A DNA stretch of 64,000 nt from Halarcobacter sp. GTDB taxonomy: Bacteria > Campylobacterota > Campylobacteria > Campylobacterales > Arcobacteraceae. The stretch covers positions 3,136,001 to 3,200,000 of the forward strand of contig CP182352.1 in the NCBI GenBank assembly GCA_048571215.1, written 5' to 3'. The translations under genes were made by a program, and so were the position numbers. The notes below the pieces were generated by a model. That model was not told where the DNA came from. It worked only from the letters and a program-made list of their open reading frames with translations, and did no database searches. Positions within the stretch are counted from its first letter, which is position 1. Every line of letters starts with the position of its first letter. Positions 1 to 10,447 of the stretch are shown piece after piece.

Positions 1-131
1 AAATTAATCGATATCATTGCAACGGGAATGATATTTTTTGGTGTTTTCTTAATAAATAATAGAAAAAAAATATAATAGGGCATTTTAAAAAAAAGTTGTT
101 ATAATTCCGCAGAAAAACTATAGGATACTTA

Positions 132-710
132 ATGAAACGAATTGGAATTTTATCATCCCACAATGGTAGTGGATTTGATACTATACAAAAAGCCTGTTTA
201 GAGAGGATTTTAGATGCACAAATAGTATTAGTAATCTCAAATAATTTTGATGCAAAGGTTTTGCAAAAAGCTTCAAATGACAATATCCCAAACTTTGTAA
301 TAAACTCAAAAAAATTTCCACAAGAGAATTTAGATAAAAAAATAACTAAATTGATGTTGGAGTATAAAGTTGATTATATCTTTTTGTCTGGTTTTATGAA
401 AAAACTAGAATCTAATTTAATCTCCACATATAAAAATAAAATCATAAATTCACACCCAGCACTTTTGCCAAAATTTGGTGGAAAAGGGATGTTTGGAGAC
501 AATGTTCACAAAGCAGTATTAGAAGCAAAAGAAAAAAATACAGGTTGTACTATTCATTTTGTAAATGAAAATTATGATGAGGGTGAATATATTTTGCAAA
601 AATCTTTAGAAATCACTGATGGAGACGATGTATCAAGTCTTTCTAATAGGGTGAAAAATTTAGAAGCAATTACAATTGTTGAAGCATTTAAAAAATTATT
701 AACTAGATAG
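132..710 (+). CDS. purN: Phosphoribosylglycinamide formyltransferase
   Basis: N-terminal ILSSHNGSGF phosphate-binding loop, INSHPALLPKFGGKGMFG and TGCTIHFVNENYDEG formyltransferase motifs; 192 aa. Confidence 0.93.
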   Translation: MKRIGILSSHNGSGFDTIQKACLERILDAQIVLVISNNFDAKVLQKASNDNIPNFVINSKKFPQENLDKKITKLMLEYKVDYIFLSGFMKKLESNLISTYKNKIINSHPALLPKFGGKGMFGDNVHKAVLEAKEKNTGCTIHFVNENYDEGEYILQKSLEITDGDDVSSLSNRVKNLEAITIVEAFKKLLTR

Positions 711-760
711 ATATAATTTATACTCTTTTAGGTATACTTTTTATAATAATTTTGTAGGAT

Positions 761-2110
761 ATGTTTATGGATAGCTTAAAAGAATTAAAAGAGATTGCAA
801 AAAATTTAACTGTTCTATATGTAGAAGATGATGCTGATATTGCAAAAACAATGGTTAGTTATCTTTCTAAATTTTTTAAAGAGGTTGTTTATGCCGTAAA
901 TGGTCAAGATGGATTAGATCTATATAAACAAGCAAAATTCGATTTAGTTATAACAGATATTAAGATGCCAAAAATGAGTGGTCTTGAGATGACTTCTGAA
1001 ATCAAAAATATGAAGATTGAACAAAGTGTAATAATAATCTCAGCTCATTCAGAAATAGAGAATTTTTTAACTTCAATTAAACTTGGTGTGGATGGATATA
1101 TTCTTAAGCCAGTAGATTATGCAGATATGAATAATCTTTTATATAAAATATCAAAAAAAATATCATATGAAAATGATATTGCAAATTATAGATTAAATTT
1201 AAAAGAATTAGTTGCAGAAGTTACTAAAAAAAATAATGAATTAGAACAATATAGCAATGCCTTGGGAAAAGTAGCAATTGTTTCTAAAACAGATTTAAAT
1301 GGAAATATTACTTTTGTAAACGATTTTTTTTGTGAAGTATCGGGATATACAAAAGATGAATTAATTGGAAGAAATCACAATATAGTAAGACATCCGGATG
1401 TGGCAAAAGATATTTTTAAATCCCTTTGGGAAACAATCCAGCAAGGAAAGGTTTGGGAAGGAAATTTTAAAAATAAAGCTAAAAATGGAGATGCTTTTTA
1501 TATTCATGTTACAATGATACCACTTTTTGAAAATGATAATTCCACCATAAAAGAGTATATGGGAATAAGCTTTTTAACTACAAAAGAGGAGATGGAAAAA
1601 AGAGAGTTCAAAAAAAATGTAATTACAAACTATCAAGAGTTTAAAAAAGAGAATTACAATGCTAACAAAAAGATAAAAGCCTTAGAAAAAGAGTTAGAAG
1701 ATTTGAAAAATAGTAGTAGTTATTTAGTTGACTCTTCTCAAGGAAATAAACAAAAACTTCAACAATTACAAGCTCAAGTAAACTATTATGAAAAAGAGAT
1801 TTTAAAATCAAAGGCTAAACACGAAAAAATAGTTGAGGTATATAATTCAAATACAAGATCACTTACTGAAGTAAATAATAAATATCTATCTAAAATACAG
1901 AGTTTGAAAAAAGATGTAGAGTTTTACAAAAAAGAGCATGAAGTAAGTAAAAAAGAGTTACTTAGAGTGCAAGAAGAGCTAAATCATCAAAGAAAAGTGA
2001 TAGCTGATTTAAGGGATACTATTAAAAATATTGCTGAAGAGGAAGAGGAGTTAAAAGGTGAACTTCTTAAAAAAAGTGGCTTAATGGATATACTAAAAAA
2101 AGATAGCTAA
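761..2110 (+). CDS. Response regulator with receiver, PAS domain and long C-terminal coiled coil
   Basis: LYVEDD...ITDIKMP...ILKP receiver; VSKTDLNGNITFVNDFFCEVSGY...HNIVRHPD Aer-like PAS; heptad-rich charged tail. Confidence 0.85.
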   Translation: MFMDSLKELKEIAKNLTVLYVEDDADIAKTMVSYLSKFFKEVVYAVNGQDGLDLYKQAKFDLVITDIKMPKMSGLEMTSEIKNMKIEQSVIIISAHSEIENFLTSIKLGVDGYILKPVDYADMNNLLYKISKKISYENDIANYRLNLKELVAEVTKKNNELEQYSNALGKVAIVSKTDLNGNITFVNDFFCEVSGYTKDELIGRNHNIVRHPDVAKDIFKSLWETIQQGKVWEGNFKNKAKNGDAFYIHVTMIPLFENDNSTIKEYMGISFLTTKEEMEKREFKKNVITNYQEFKKENYNANKKIKALEKELEDLKNSSSYLVDSSQGNKQKLQQLQAQVNYYEKEILKSKAKHEKIVEVYNSNTRSLTEVNNKYLSKIQSLKKDVEFYKKEHEVSKKELLRVQEELNHQRKVIADLRDTIKNIAEEEEELKGELLKKSGLMDILKKDS

Positions 2111-4674
2111 TCAATATTTTTTGGAAGCTTTATTTCGAATACTGCTCCATTGTTTTTATTAAATACACGAATAGTACCTTTTAGATGTTTTTCAACTATC
2201 ATTTTAGACATATAAAGCCCTAATCCTGTCCCATTATGTTCATTTTTTGTTGTAAAATAAGCTTCAAATACTTTTTCTATTATCTCATCCTTTATACCAC
2301 CTGCATTATCAATAATTTGTATTTGTACTTGTGTTTCAAACTCTTTTAATTCAACTTTTATCTCTTTTGGTTCATTTGTACTTTCTACTAAAGCCTCTTT
2401 TGCATTTTTAATAATATTGATTAAAACTTGTACTAATTCCCTTCTATAGGTATTTATTACAAGATCTTCATGGAAATGCAATTTTAGCGTAATATCATTA
2501 TTTTTAAGGGATGCTAAAATAATTGATGAGGTGTCATCAAATAGAGTTTTTATACTAACCTTTTCTAAATCTTTTTCTTGTTTAAAGAAGTTTCTAAAAT
2601 CTTCAATTGTATTGGATAGATATTGGGTTTGGGTTGCAACTTCATTAGCAAACTTTCGTGCTTCTTGTGTATCTAGCATATCAAGTTCCACATCAGCTAA
2701 TATATTATTTGCAGCCATTGAGATGGTAGTAATTGGTTGTCTCCATTGATGAGCAATCATACTTATCATCTCTCCCATTGCTGCATTTTTGGATTGATTT
2801 AATATTAACTCTTCTTTTTCTTCTAATGCTTTTTTAAGAAATATCTCTTTAGTAATTTCTGTTTTTATTGCTAAGAAGTTAATTATTTCATCTTTATCTA
2901 TAATTGGTATTATAAGAGCTGTTTCCCAGTACTCTTCATTTTTTTTATTTAAATTTCTAAATACTCCTGCCCAAGTTTTTCTATTTGTAATGGTTTGCCA
3001 TAAATCTTTATAAACACTCTCTTGTGTTAGTGGAGATTTTAAAACTCTTGGATTTTTTCCAATAATTTCTGTTTTTTCATATCCAGATACTTTAGTAAAA
3101 TAAGGATTTACATATATTATTTCCCCTTTGGTATTTGTTATCATAATAGAAAGGGGAGAATTATTTATAATGGTACTAAATAAAGTTAAATCTTTTTCTA
3201 AATTTTTTAAATGGGTAATATTTTGTATAGAGCCTAAGTAGACTTTACTTTCATTATTATTCAAAGGAGATAAACAAGATATATACTCATTTATATCTAT
3301 ATACTCTTGGCTATTAAATTTTTTTAGTCTATATTGTAAGTTAGTTTTTTTACAGGAATATAAGGCTTTTTTATGAATTTGTATATAATGTTCTAAATCT
3401 TCTTCATGAATAAGTTTTTTTAAATCATCATAGCTAAAGTTATTGATACTATTATCTATACCTATAAGTTTTTTTAGAGTATCAGAGATTACAAACTTAT
3501 CATCTTTTAAATAGTATTTCCAATGTCCCATATGGGCAATCTCTTGGGCATAAGTTAGATTTTGTTCTTTTTCTTGGATTTTTAGTTCTAGCTCTTTTAT
3601 TTGAGTTATATTTGTATGGGAACCTACCATTCTTATTGGCTTGTTATTTTTATCAAAGTAGGTTTTCCCTTTATCCAAAATCCAAACCCAATCTCCATTT
3701 TTATGTTTTAGTCTATGGATATTTATATAAGAGTTTGTTTTACCACTTTGATTATTTTTGATATCTTCTATAGCTTTTTCTTTATCATCTGGATGAACTC
3801 TAATATCCCATTCATCTAAAGAGTTTTTTATCTCTTCTTGACTAAATCCAAGCATCTCTTTCCAGTTTTTATCAAAAAAGATTTCATCTTTTTCTAAATC
3901 CCAATCCCAGATGCCAATATCACTAGATTCTAATGCAAAGTCATATCTTTTTGCTAGAATCTCATTTTCATTTTTCAACTTTTTTAACTCTTTAAGATTT
4001 TTTATTAAAACATCTTTTTTATTAAAGTGGCTAAGAATCATAAACATGATAATTGAAAAAATAACTATGGAAATAATTGAGGTAAAGGTTATAAAATTAT
4101 TATGACGATTTTCTATTGAGAGATATTTCTCTTTATAGTCTTTTATTGGAATATTTATACTTATACCACCAATGTTATCACCAATACTATAATTTTGAGA
4201 GTAGTGACACTTTAAACAACTCTTTTCAACTTTTAAAACACCCATAAATTCAAAATTATCAAAATTTTTAGAGAATTTAGAATAAAACTTTTTATTTGTA
4301 TTATTGTCAAAATAGTGTAAAGCCTCTTTTTCAAAACTATTTGCTTTATTGTTTGGATTTAGTGGTTTTAGGCTAGTCATATTAAAAGAGTGTTTATTTT
4401 TATTATTACTAATTATTGAGATTTGTTTAGTCATTTGTGCTGGGTTTATTTCTACAAAATCCCCTTCTTTTTTTACAAAAATCCCTTTATGTTCTGTATT
4501 CCATTCTCTTATTACAATAATATTTTCAAAAAGTATTTTCGCCTCATTTTTTAACATATTACTTAAGTAACTGATGTGCTCTTTTTTTTCAGAATTTAAG
4601 TGGGTAAATATAATTGTATTAGATATAAAAAAAATTATAATAAAAATGAATATTGTTAATATTTTATTATTCAT
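2107..4674 (-). CDS. Sensor histidine kinase with periplasmic heme-c (Tll0287/DUF3365-like) domain and multiple PAS domains
   Basis: Two TM segments flank TSLKPLNPNN...CLKCH; PAS motifs (IGIWDWD, IIYVNPYF); H-box MIAHQWRQP; NIIKNAKEA, DNAGGI, GTGLGL. Confidence 0.9.
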   Translation of the reverse strand: MNNKILTIFIFIIIFFISNTIIFTHLNSEKKEHISYLSNMLKNEAKILFENIIVIREWNTEHKGIFVKKEGDFVEINPAQMTKQISIISNNKNKHSFNMTSLKPLNPNNKANSFEKEALHYFDNNTNKKFYSKFSKNFDNFEFMGVLKVEKSCLKCHYSQNYSIGDNIGGISINIPIKDYKEKYLSIENRHNNFITFTSIISIVIFSIIMFMILSHFNKKDVLIKNLKELKKLKNENEILAKRYDFALESSDIGIWDWDLEKDEIFFDKNWKEMLGFSQEEIKNSLDEWDIRVHPDDKEKAIEDIKNNQSGKTNSYINIHRLKHKNGDWVWILDKGKTYFDKNNKPIRMVGSHTNITQIKELELKIQEKEQNLTYAQEIAHMGHWKYYLKDDKFVISDTLKKLIGIDNSINNFSYDDLKKLIHEEDLEHYIQIHKKALYSCKKTNLQYRLKKFNSQEYIDINEYISCLSPLNNNESKVYLGSIQNITHLKNLEKDLTLFSTIINNSPLSIMITNTKGEIIYVNPYFTKVSGYEKTEIIGKNPRVLKSPLTQESVYKDLWQTITNRKTWAGVFRNLNKKNEEYWETALIIPIIDKDEIINFLAIKTEITKEIFLKKALEEKEELILNQSKNAAMGEMISMIAHQWRQPITTISMAANNILADVELDMLDTQEARKFANEVATQTQYLSNTIEDFRNFFKQEKDLEKVSIKTLFDDTSSIILASLKNNDITLKLHFHEDLVINTYRRELVQVLINIIKNAKEALVESTNEPKEIKVELKEFETQVQIQIIDNAGGIKDEIIEKVFEAYFTTKNEHNGTGLGLYMSKMIVEKHLKGTIRVFNKNNGAVFEIKLPKNID

Positions 4675-4821
4675 TATAATCCCTTTATTTATTTAGTTAA
4701 AGTATTATATTATAACAAAACTAAATTATTAGAGATATGAGCTTTAGAATAATAAAAAAGATTATCTATTGATTATTTATTATAATAAGGATATAATTTA
4801 TTAAAATCAAAAATAGGTGCG

Positions 4822-5190
4822 TTGATGAAGTATTTGGTAGTAGATGATTCAAAAATGGCAAGAAGAATGTTACTAAAAGCTCTGAAAGAGCTTATTTCAG
4901 AAGATGCTCAACTTGTTGAGTGTACAAATGGGCAAGAAGCTATAAATGCCTATAAATCAGATAAATTTAATATGTGCTTTATGGATTTGACTATGCCTGT
5001 AATGGATGGCTTTGAAGCAATAAAACAAATATGTGAATATGACAAAAATGCAAAGGTAATTGTAATAAGTGCAGATATACAAGAAGGCTCTATGAAAAAA
5101 GCAAAAGAGAGTGGGGCCTTAGGTTTTATTAAAAAACCTGTAAATACAAAAAATCTATCATCTATGCTAAATACTTTAGGATTGAAATAA
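4822..5190 (+). CDS. Single-domain CheY-like response regulator
   Basis: VVDDS, FMDLTMP, ISAD, FIKKP; 122 aa; start may be the ATG at 4825. Confidence 0.9.
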   Translation: MMKYLVVDDSKMARRMLLKALKELISEDAQLVECTNGQEAINAYKSDKFNMCFMDLTMPVMDGFEAIKQICEYDKNAKVIVISADIQEGSMKKAKESGALGFIKKPVNTKNLSSMLNTLGLK

Positions 5191-5798
5191 TGTCTTTATC
5201 ATTAAATGAAGATCAAGTAGATTGCCTACAAGAATTAATGAATATTGCATATGGTTCAGCAACTGCATCTTTAGCAGAAATTATTGGTAAAAATGCAAAA
5301 TTAGGTATTCCTAATATTAAAACTTTTAATTCACAAGAGTTTCAAAATTATTGTGATAAGAAGTTTGATGATCATGGCTGTTATTTAGTAAATCAAAAAA
5401 TAGATGGAACTTTAAGTGGTGAAAATCTATTTATAATGGATAAAAAATCAACTACAAATTTAGCAAAAGAGTTTGGTTTGAGTGATGAAGAGATAACTGA
5501 CAGTGAGTTAAGGGATATTGTACTTGAAATTACTAATATAATATCTTCAACTACTTTAAGTAAGTTAGCTTCACTAATGGATGCCTCTATTATATTCTCC
5601 CCACCTTCAATAAAAAAAATAGAGTCTATTCTAAATTTTAGTGATAAATATAAGACACAATATAAGTTTATAATTGTTATTTCAACTGAGATAATTTTTG
5701 AACAACAAAACATTTATGGTGAATTGATTATTATGTCAAAAGATGAATCTGTTTTTTACATGAAGAATGCTTTAGATAGATTATTGAAAGAGTTTTAA
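5190..5798 (+). CDS. CheC-family phosphatase
   Basis: Two ExxN motifs (LQELMNIAYG, VLEITNII); stop/start overlaps with both neighbours. Confidence 0.85.
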   Translation: MSLSLNEDQVDCLQELMNIAYGSATASLAEIIGKNAKLGIPNIKTFNSQEFQNYCDKKFDDHGCYLVNQKIDGTLSGENLFIMDKKSTTNLAKEFGLSDEEITDSELRDIVLEITNIISSTTLSKLASLMDASIIFSPPSIKKIESILNFSDKYKTQYKFIIVISTEIIFEQQNIYGELIIMSKDESVFYMKNALDRLLKEF

Positions 5799-6724
5799 TG
5801 TTATCTATAAATAATGATATTATATTTAATACAATTGACAATGGGATAATAATTTTAGATGAAGAGCTAAATATTTTAGCTTGGAATAGATGGATGGAGT
5901 TAAAAACTAACTTTAAAAAAGAGAGTATGATAGGTGAAAAAATATCTAAAAAATTTCCATATATAAACGAAGAAAAATTAAAAAGAAAAATCAAATCTGT
6001 TTTAATTACTAAAAATCCCTCTTTTTATTCTGTTGATCCCCATAAATATCTAATAAAAATTGAATCAAATAGTATTGTTGATAAATTTTATGATCACATG
6101 AGACAAGATATAACATTGGTTGCATATGATTTGGAAAAAAGATATGTATGTTTATATATATATGATAATACAAAATTTTATGAAACAAGTACAAAACTAG
6201 AAGAGTTAAATGTGGAGTTAGTTGAGCTTTCAAATAGAGATCCCATGACCCACTCTTATAATAGAAGATATTTTACTGATGTTTCTGAAAAAATGTTAAA
6301 TTTAGCAAGTAGGGCTAATCATAATATATCAGTTATTATTTTGGATATTGATAATTTTAAAGAGATAAATGATAATTATGGGCATTCTATAGGGGATAAA
6401 GTTATAATCTCTTTGGCAAGAAAACTTGAAGAATATGTAAGAAATAGTGATGTTATAGCAAGATTTGGTGGTGAAGAGTTTGTAATATTACTTTATAATG
6501 TTTCAGCTGAAGATTGTGGAAAAATAGCTCAAAAAATTAGAACTAATATCGAAAAATTAAAAATAGATACTAAATATGGTGAGATTAGTTATACTTTAAG
6601 TTTAGGTGTAGCCCAATATAATAAAGAGTTAGATAATAATATTGAGAATACTATTACAAGAGCGGATAAGGCTCTTTATGAAGCAAAAAGAGAGGGAAAA
6701 AATAGAGTTGTTCTTAGCTCTTAA
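5798..6724 (+). CDS. PAS-GGDEF diguanylate cyclase
   Basis: DIDNFKEINDNYGH, I-site RNSD five residues before GGEEF, ADKALYEAK. Confidence 0.92.
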   Translation: MLSINNDIIFNTIDNGIIILDEELNILAWNRWMELKTNFKKESMIGEKISKKFPYINEEKLKRKIKSVLITKNPSFYSVDPHKYLIKIESNSIVDKFYDHMRQDITLVAYDLEKRYVCLYIYDNTKFYETSTKLEELNVELVELSNRDPMTHSYNRRYFTDVSEKMLNLASRANHNISVIILDIDNFKEINDNYGHSIGDKVIISLARKLEEYVRNSDVIARFGGEEFVILLYNVSAEDCGKIAQKIRTNIEKLKIDTKYGEISYTLSLGVAQYNKELDNNIENTITRADKALYEAKREGKNRVVLSS

Positions 6725-6766
6725 CTTGCCTTCTTCTATTTTGTTTATCTTGTAAAATAAGATTTT

Positions 6767-7372
6767 TTAGAGTTTGGGAAGACTCCATTTTTTATAAAAG
6801 GCTAATAATCTAAGTGTTACTCCTAAGGCAAAAAGAATGGTTAAGTTTATAATATTTGCTTCATGAAAGATATTTAAAAAATATGTAAAGGTACCAACTA
6901 TAATTGCAACAGTTCCATAAAATTCTGAAACTAAAATTGAGGGAACTTTATTTATAAGAATATCTCTAATTGTACCACCTCCAACGGCTGTTAAAAAGGC
7001 CAACATTAAAACCCCCAAAAAGTTAAAATTTACTTCAATACCAACTAATGCTCCAGTTATGGCAAAAGAGGTCAAACCAACAGCATCAGATACTATAAAC
7101 CAAGTTTTACCTTCTAAATCAGTTTTTTTATGAATATTAAATATAAAGGCTAAAAAAAGTGTAGCAAATACTAAGATTATGGGAAGATTGTTATTAAACA
7201 CAAAAGGTGGTTTATTTGCTATAACATCTCTAATAATTCCCCCTCCAAGAGCAGTTAAAAAAGATGAAATAAATATACCTAAAATATCAAATTTATAATG
7301 TACTGCAATTAAGAAGCCACTTAGAGCAAAGGAGATAACTCCTATAATATCAGCAATTTGTAAGGCAGTCAT
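6767..7372 (-). CDS. TRIC/UPF0126 family membrane protein
   Basis: Duplicated TALGGGIIRD / TAVGGGTIRD motifs; about 7 TM segments. Confidence 0.88.
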   Translation of the reverse strand: MTALQIADIIGVISFALSGFLIAVHYKFDILGIFISSFLTALGGGIIRDVIANKPPFVFNNNLPIILVFATLFLAFIFNIHKKTDLEGKTWFIVSDAVGLTSFAITGALVGIEVNFNFLGVLMLAFLTAVGGGTIRDILINKVPSILVSEFYGTVAIIVGTFTYFLNIFHEANIINLTILFALGVTLRLLAFYKKWSLPKL

Positions 7373-7515
7373 TTATTTGTATTTATCAGGTGAATATTGA
7401 TTGGTTTTTTATCTTTTTTTTCACCATAATCACTTTTATTATGTGATTGCCAAGAAGTTTTATTATCGTGGACACAAACTTCTAAGAAGCTATTATGTAT
7501 AAGAGTTACGGTCAT
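7369..7515 (-). CDS. Small hypothetical ORF (48 aa) overlapping the TRIC start
   Basis: Read by hand: ATG at 7515, MTVTLIHNSFLEVCVHDNKTSWQSHNKSDYGEKKDKKPINIHLINTNK*, AAGG upstream, ATGA overlap with the next gene. Confidence 0.4.
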   Translation of the reverse strand: MTVTLIHNSFLEVCVHDNKTSWQSHNKSDYGEKKDKKPINIHLINTNK

Positions 7516-7662
7516 AGACAAGCCTTAATTTTTGATAATTATACTATATCAATACTATGTGAAAGCTTTTAATTAAGATATAAAATTTAATTAATTTTTT
7601 ATTCATTTTTTATTCAAAAATAAAATTATTATTATATAATAGAAAAAAATGATAAAGAGAAA

Positions 7663-9240
7663 ATGATGAATATAAAGAGATTAGTTAAGTTAAGCTTTTT
7701 TGTTATTATTGGATTAGTCTTATTTATTACATTGGTTAGCAATACATCTTTATATAAAATAAAAGAGAATAATACTTCTAAAAATAAAATATTTAAAGTG
7801 GTTGGTATTCAAGAACAAATGAATAAGTTAACTTTAGATGCAATACTAATTAATAGTTTAGATGAGTTGGAAACTATTAAAGGTAAATTTAAAATAGAAG
7901 AGAATAAATTTGAAAAAATAAAAGAAGATTTTTTTGTAAATGATACGGATGATATCTTAGATAAGTTGATTACTGATTTACACCTATATCCAATAATAAA
8001 AAATGATTTGAAAATACTTTTTGAGAATGAAAAAACCATAGAAAACTCTTTTGATAAGATTAGTGATCTTCAAGAAGAAAAAATTCAATTAAATCAAAAA
8101 TTTCAAGAACATTATCCTTTAGAAAATGAAATTAGAAAAGATATACAAACTTATATTTGGAATACTGAAGATGTTTCTACTATAAAGAATTTTGCTGATT
8201 TAAAATATTATAGTAAAGAGGCTTTATATCAACATCGGGACGAAGTACGTTTTAAAAAATGGTTAGATAAAGCACAATATTTACAATATCACACGAAAAT
8301 AAAAGAGTTTGATGAATATATAGATGTAGTTACAAATTTAAAAGAGCAGGTTTTAAAGATAAATGAGATTGAAATAACAGAAAAAAAATTGATTAAGTCT
8401 ATTCAAGAGGTTCTAAAAGTCAATAATCAATTAAATCATAATATTGAAAAAAATAGTGAAAATATTTTAGATAGTTTTATAAATACAATTAATTCAATAA
8501 TGATAATCTTGTCAATTTGTATAATTTTATTTATTCTTTTTGTTTCTTATAACGTTAACAAAAATGTAGGATTATCAATTGATGAGATTGAAAAAAGAGT
8601 TGATGATGGTTTAACAGAAATTAAAAACTTAAATGATGAGATAGAAGCTACCCAAAAAGAAGTAGTGTTTACAATGGGAGCTATAGGAGAGAGTAGGAGT
8701 AAAGAGACAGGGAACCATGTAAAAAGAGTGGCAGAATACTCAAAACTTTTAGCCTTGTATTATGGTTTAGATGAAAAAGAAGCAGAGATGCTAAAACAAG
8801 CAAGCCCAATGCATGATATAGGAAAAGTTGCTATTCCAGATGCGGTTTTAAATAAACCAGGAAGATTTGATGAAAAAGAAAGAGAGATAATGAATACCCA
8901 TGCCAAATTGGGATTTGATATGTTAAAACATTCAAATAGAGAACTTCTAAAATGTGCAGCAACAGTAGCATATGAACATCATGAGAAATGGGATGGGACA
9001 GGTTACCCAAATAGAATAAAAGGTGAAGATATACATATCTATGGAAGGATAACAGCCTTGGCAGATGTATTTGATGCCTTAGGAAGTGATAGATGTTATA
9101 AAAAAGCTTGGGATGATGAGAGAATATTTAAGCTTTTTAAAGAGGAAAGAGCTAAACACTTTGACCCTAAGTTAGTAGATATCTTTTTTGAACACTTAGA
9201 TGAATTCTTAGCCATAAGAGATAAGTTTAAAGATATCTAA
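7663..9240 (+). CDS. Membrane-anchored HD-GYP c-di-GMP phosphodiesterase
   Basis: ETGNHVKRV, MHDIGK, HHEKWDGTGYP, ALADVFDAL; two TM segments around a periplasmic domain. Confidence 0.9.
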   Translation: MMNIKRLVKLSFFVIIGLVLFITLVSNTSLYKIKENNTSKNKIFKVVGIQEQMNKLTLDAILINSLDELETIKGKFKIEENKFEKIKEDFFVNDTDDILDKLITDLHLYPIIKNDLKILFENEKTIENSFDKISDLQEEKIQLNQKFQEHYPLENEIRKDIQTYIWNTEDVSTIKNFADLKYYSKEALYQHRDEVRFKKWLDKAQYLQYHTKIKEFDEYIDVVTNLKEQVLKINEIEITEKKLIKSIQEVLKVNNQLNHNIEKNSENILDSFINTINSIMIILSICIILFILFVSYNVNKNVGLSIDEIEKRVDDGLTEIKNLNDEIEATQKEVVFTMGAIGESRSKETGNHVKRVAEYSKLLALYYGLDEKEAEMLKQASPMHDIGKVAIPDAVLNKPGRFDEKEREIMNTHAKLGFDMLKHSNRELLKCAATVAYEHHEKWDGTGYPNRIKGEDIHIYGRITALADVFDALGSDRCYKKAWDDERIFKLFKEERAKHFDPKLVDIFFEHLDEFLAIRDKFKDI

Positions 9241-9251
9241 TACACCTACTT

Positions 9252-10445
9252 TTAAAGAGCCTGTAAAATAAATATATTGCAGTTATCTTTATAGGTATAA
9301 AGTAGCTTAAAATTATGTTTATGTATTATTTTATTTACTATGCTAAGACCTAAACCAAAACCGTCTCTTTGTATTAACTCTTGTGTAAAAGGTTTTAAGT
9401 AGTATTCTAACTCTTTTGAGAGTTTGTTACCTTTATTTATCACTTTTATTTCATTGTTAGAAGCTACAATTTTTATGGGTAAAACTGTACTATATTTTAT
9501 AGCATTGTCTATTAGATTCTTAAGGGCAATACTTAGGTATTCTAAGTCTGCATTTATTTTAAAATTGTCTATTATTTCTAAATCAATTTTAGATTCATCT
9601 TCAATATAAAGTTTTCCCAACGATTGTACAATTAAGGTCTCTGCACTAAAATTGCTATAGTTTAGTTTTGAAGCATTTAATTTTTCAAGTTGTATTAACT
9701 CATTTGTTAATCTTTCCAAATCAAGAAAAACTTTATTTAATAGCTCTTTTTTTGAAAAATCTTCTATTTTTTCAATAGCAAATTTACCTTTAGCAATGGG
9801 AGTTCTAAGTTCATGTCCAATATCCCTTAATAACTCTTCTCTTGTTTTTATCAACTCTTCTAAATTATCAGCCATACTATTAAAGGTTTTAGCAAGTAAA
9901 CCTATCTCATCTTTTGATTTAATATCTATTCTACTAGTTAAGTTTCCTTTTGAAAAGTTGTCAATTTGAGTTGTGATATTTTTCAAGGGGGCCAAAAGTT
10001 TTAATATATATAAAAAAATAAGAATAAGAAGAGATATATCTAAAAAAACCAAAGCATTTAATTTGATTTTATCATTGATATTTTCCACATCGGCAGTTTC
10101 AAATATATATTTATCGTCAAGGTATTCTATTTGGATTATAAATTCATCCTCAAAAGAGTTTTTGAGTATTTTTATATAACCAAAAGTTAGTTGTTTGAAA
10201 TATAAGGTTTCACTGTTTTTTATTTTTATGGAATTTGTTTTTTTTAGCTTATATTTTGAGATTAGTGCGTTAAGATTCTCTTTGTTATCAATATTTTGAA
10301 AAATCTCATTTGATATTTTTTGGTACTTGTCTTTTATTAAATCATCAAGTCTTTTTGAATTTATTCTATCAGTCCATATACCTATTATTAGCATAGTTAT
10401 TAGACTTAAAATAAAAAGAACTGATAGTTTTTTAAAAATAGACAT
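9252..10445 (-). CDS. HAMP sensor histidine kinase (ArsS/CpxA-like)
   Basis: HAMP (DEIGLLAKTFNSM), DIGHELRTP, NLIDNAIKYS, DGFGLGL. Confidence 0.9.
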   Translation of the reverse strand: MSIFKKLSVLFILSLITMLIIGIWTDRINSKRLDDLIKDKYQKISNEIFQNIDNKENLNALISKYKLKKTNSIKIKNSETLYFKQLTFGYIKILKNSFEDEFIIQIEYLDDKYIFETADVENINDKIKLNALVFLDISLLILIFLYILKLLAPLKNITTQIDNFSKGNLTSRIDIKSKDEIGLLAKTFNSMADNLEELIKTREELLRDIGHELRTPIAKGKFAIEKIEDFSKKELLNKVFLDLERLTNELIQLEKLNASKLNYSNFSAETLIVQSLGKLYIEDESKIDLEIIDNFKINADLEYLSIALKNLIDNAIKYSTVLPIKIVASNNEIKVINKGNKLSKELEYYLKPFTQELIQRDGFGLGLSIVNKIIHKHNFKLLYTYKDNCNIFILQAL

Positions 10446-10447
10446 AT

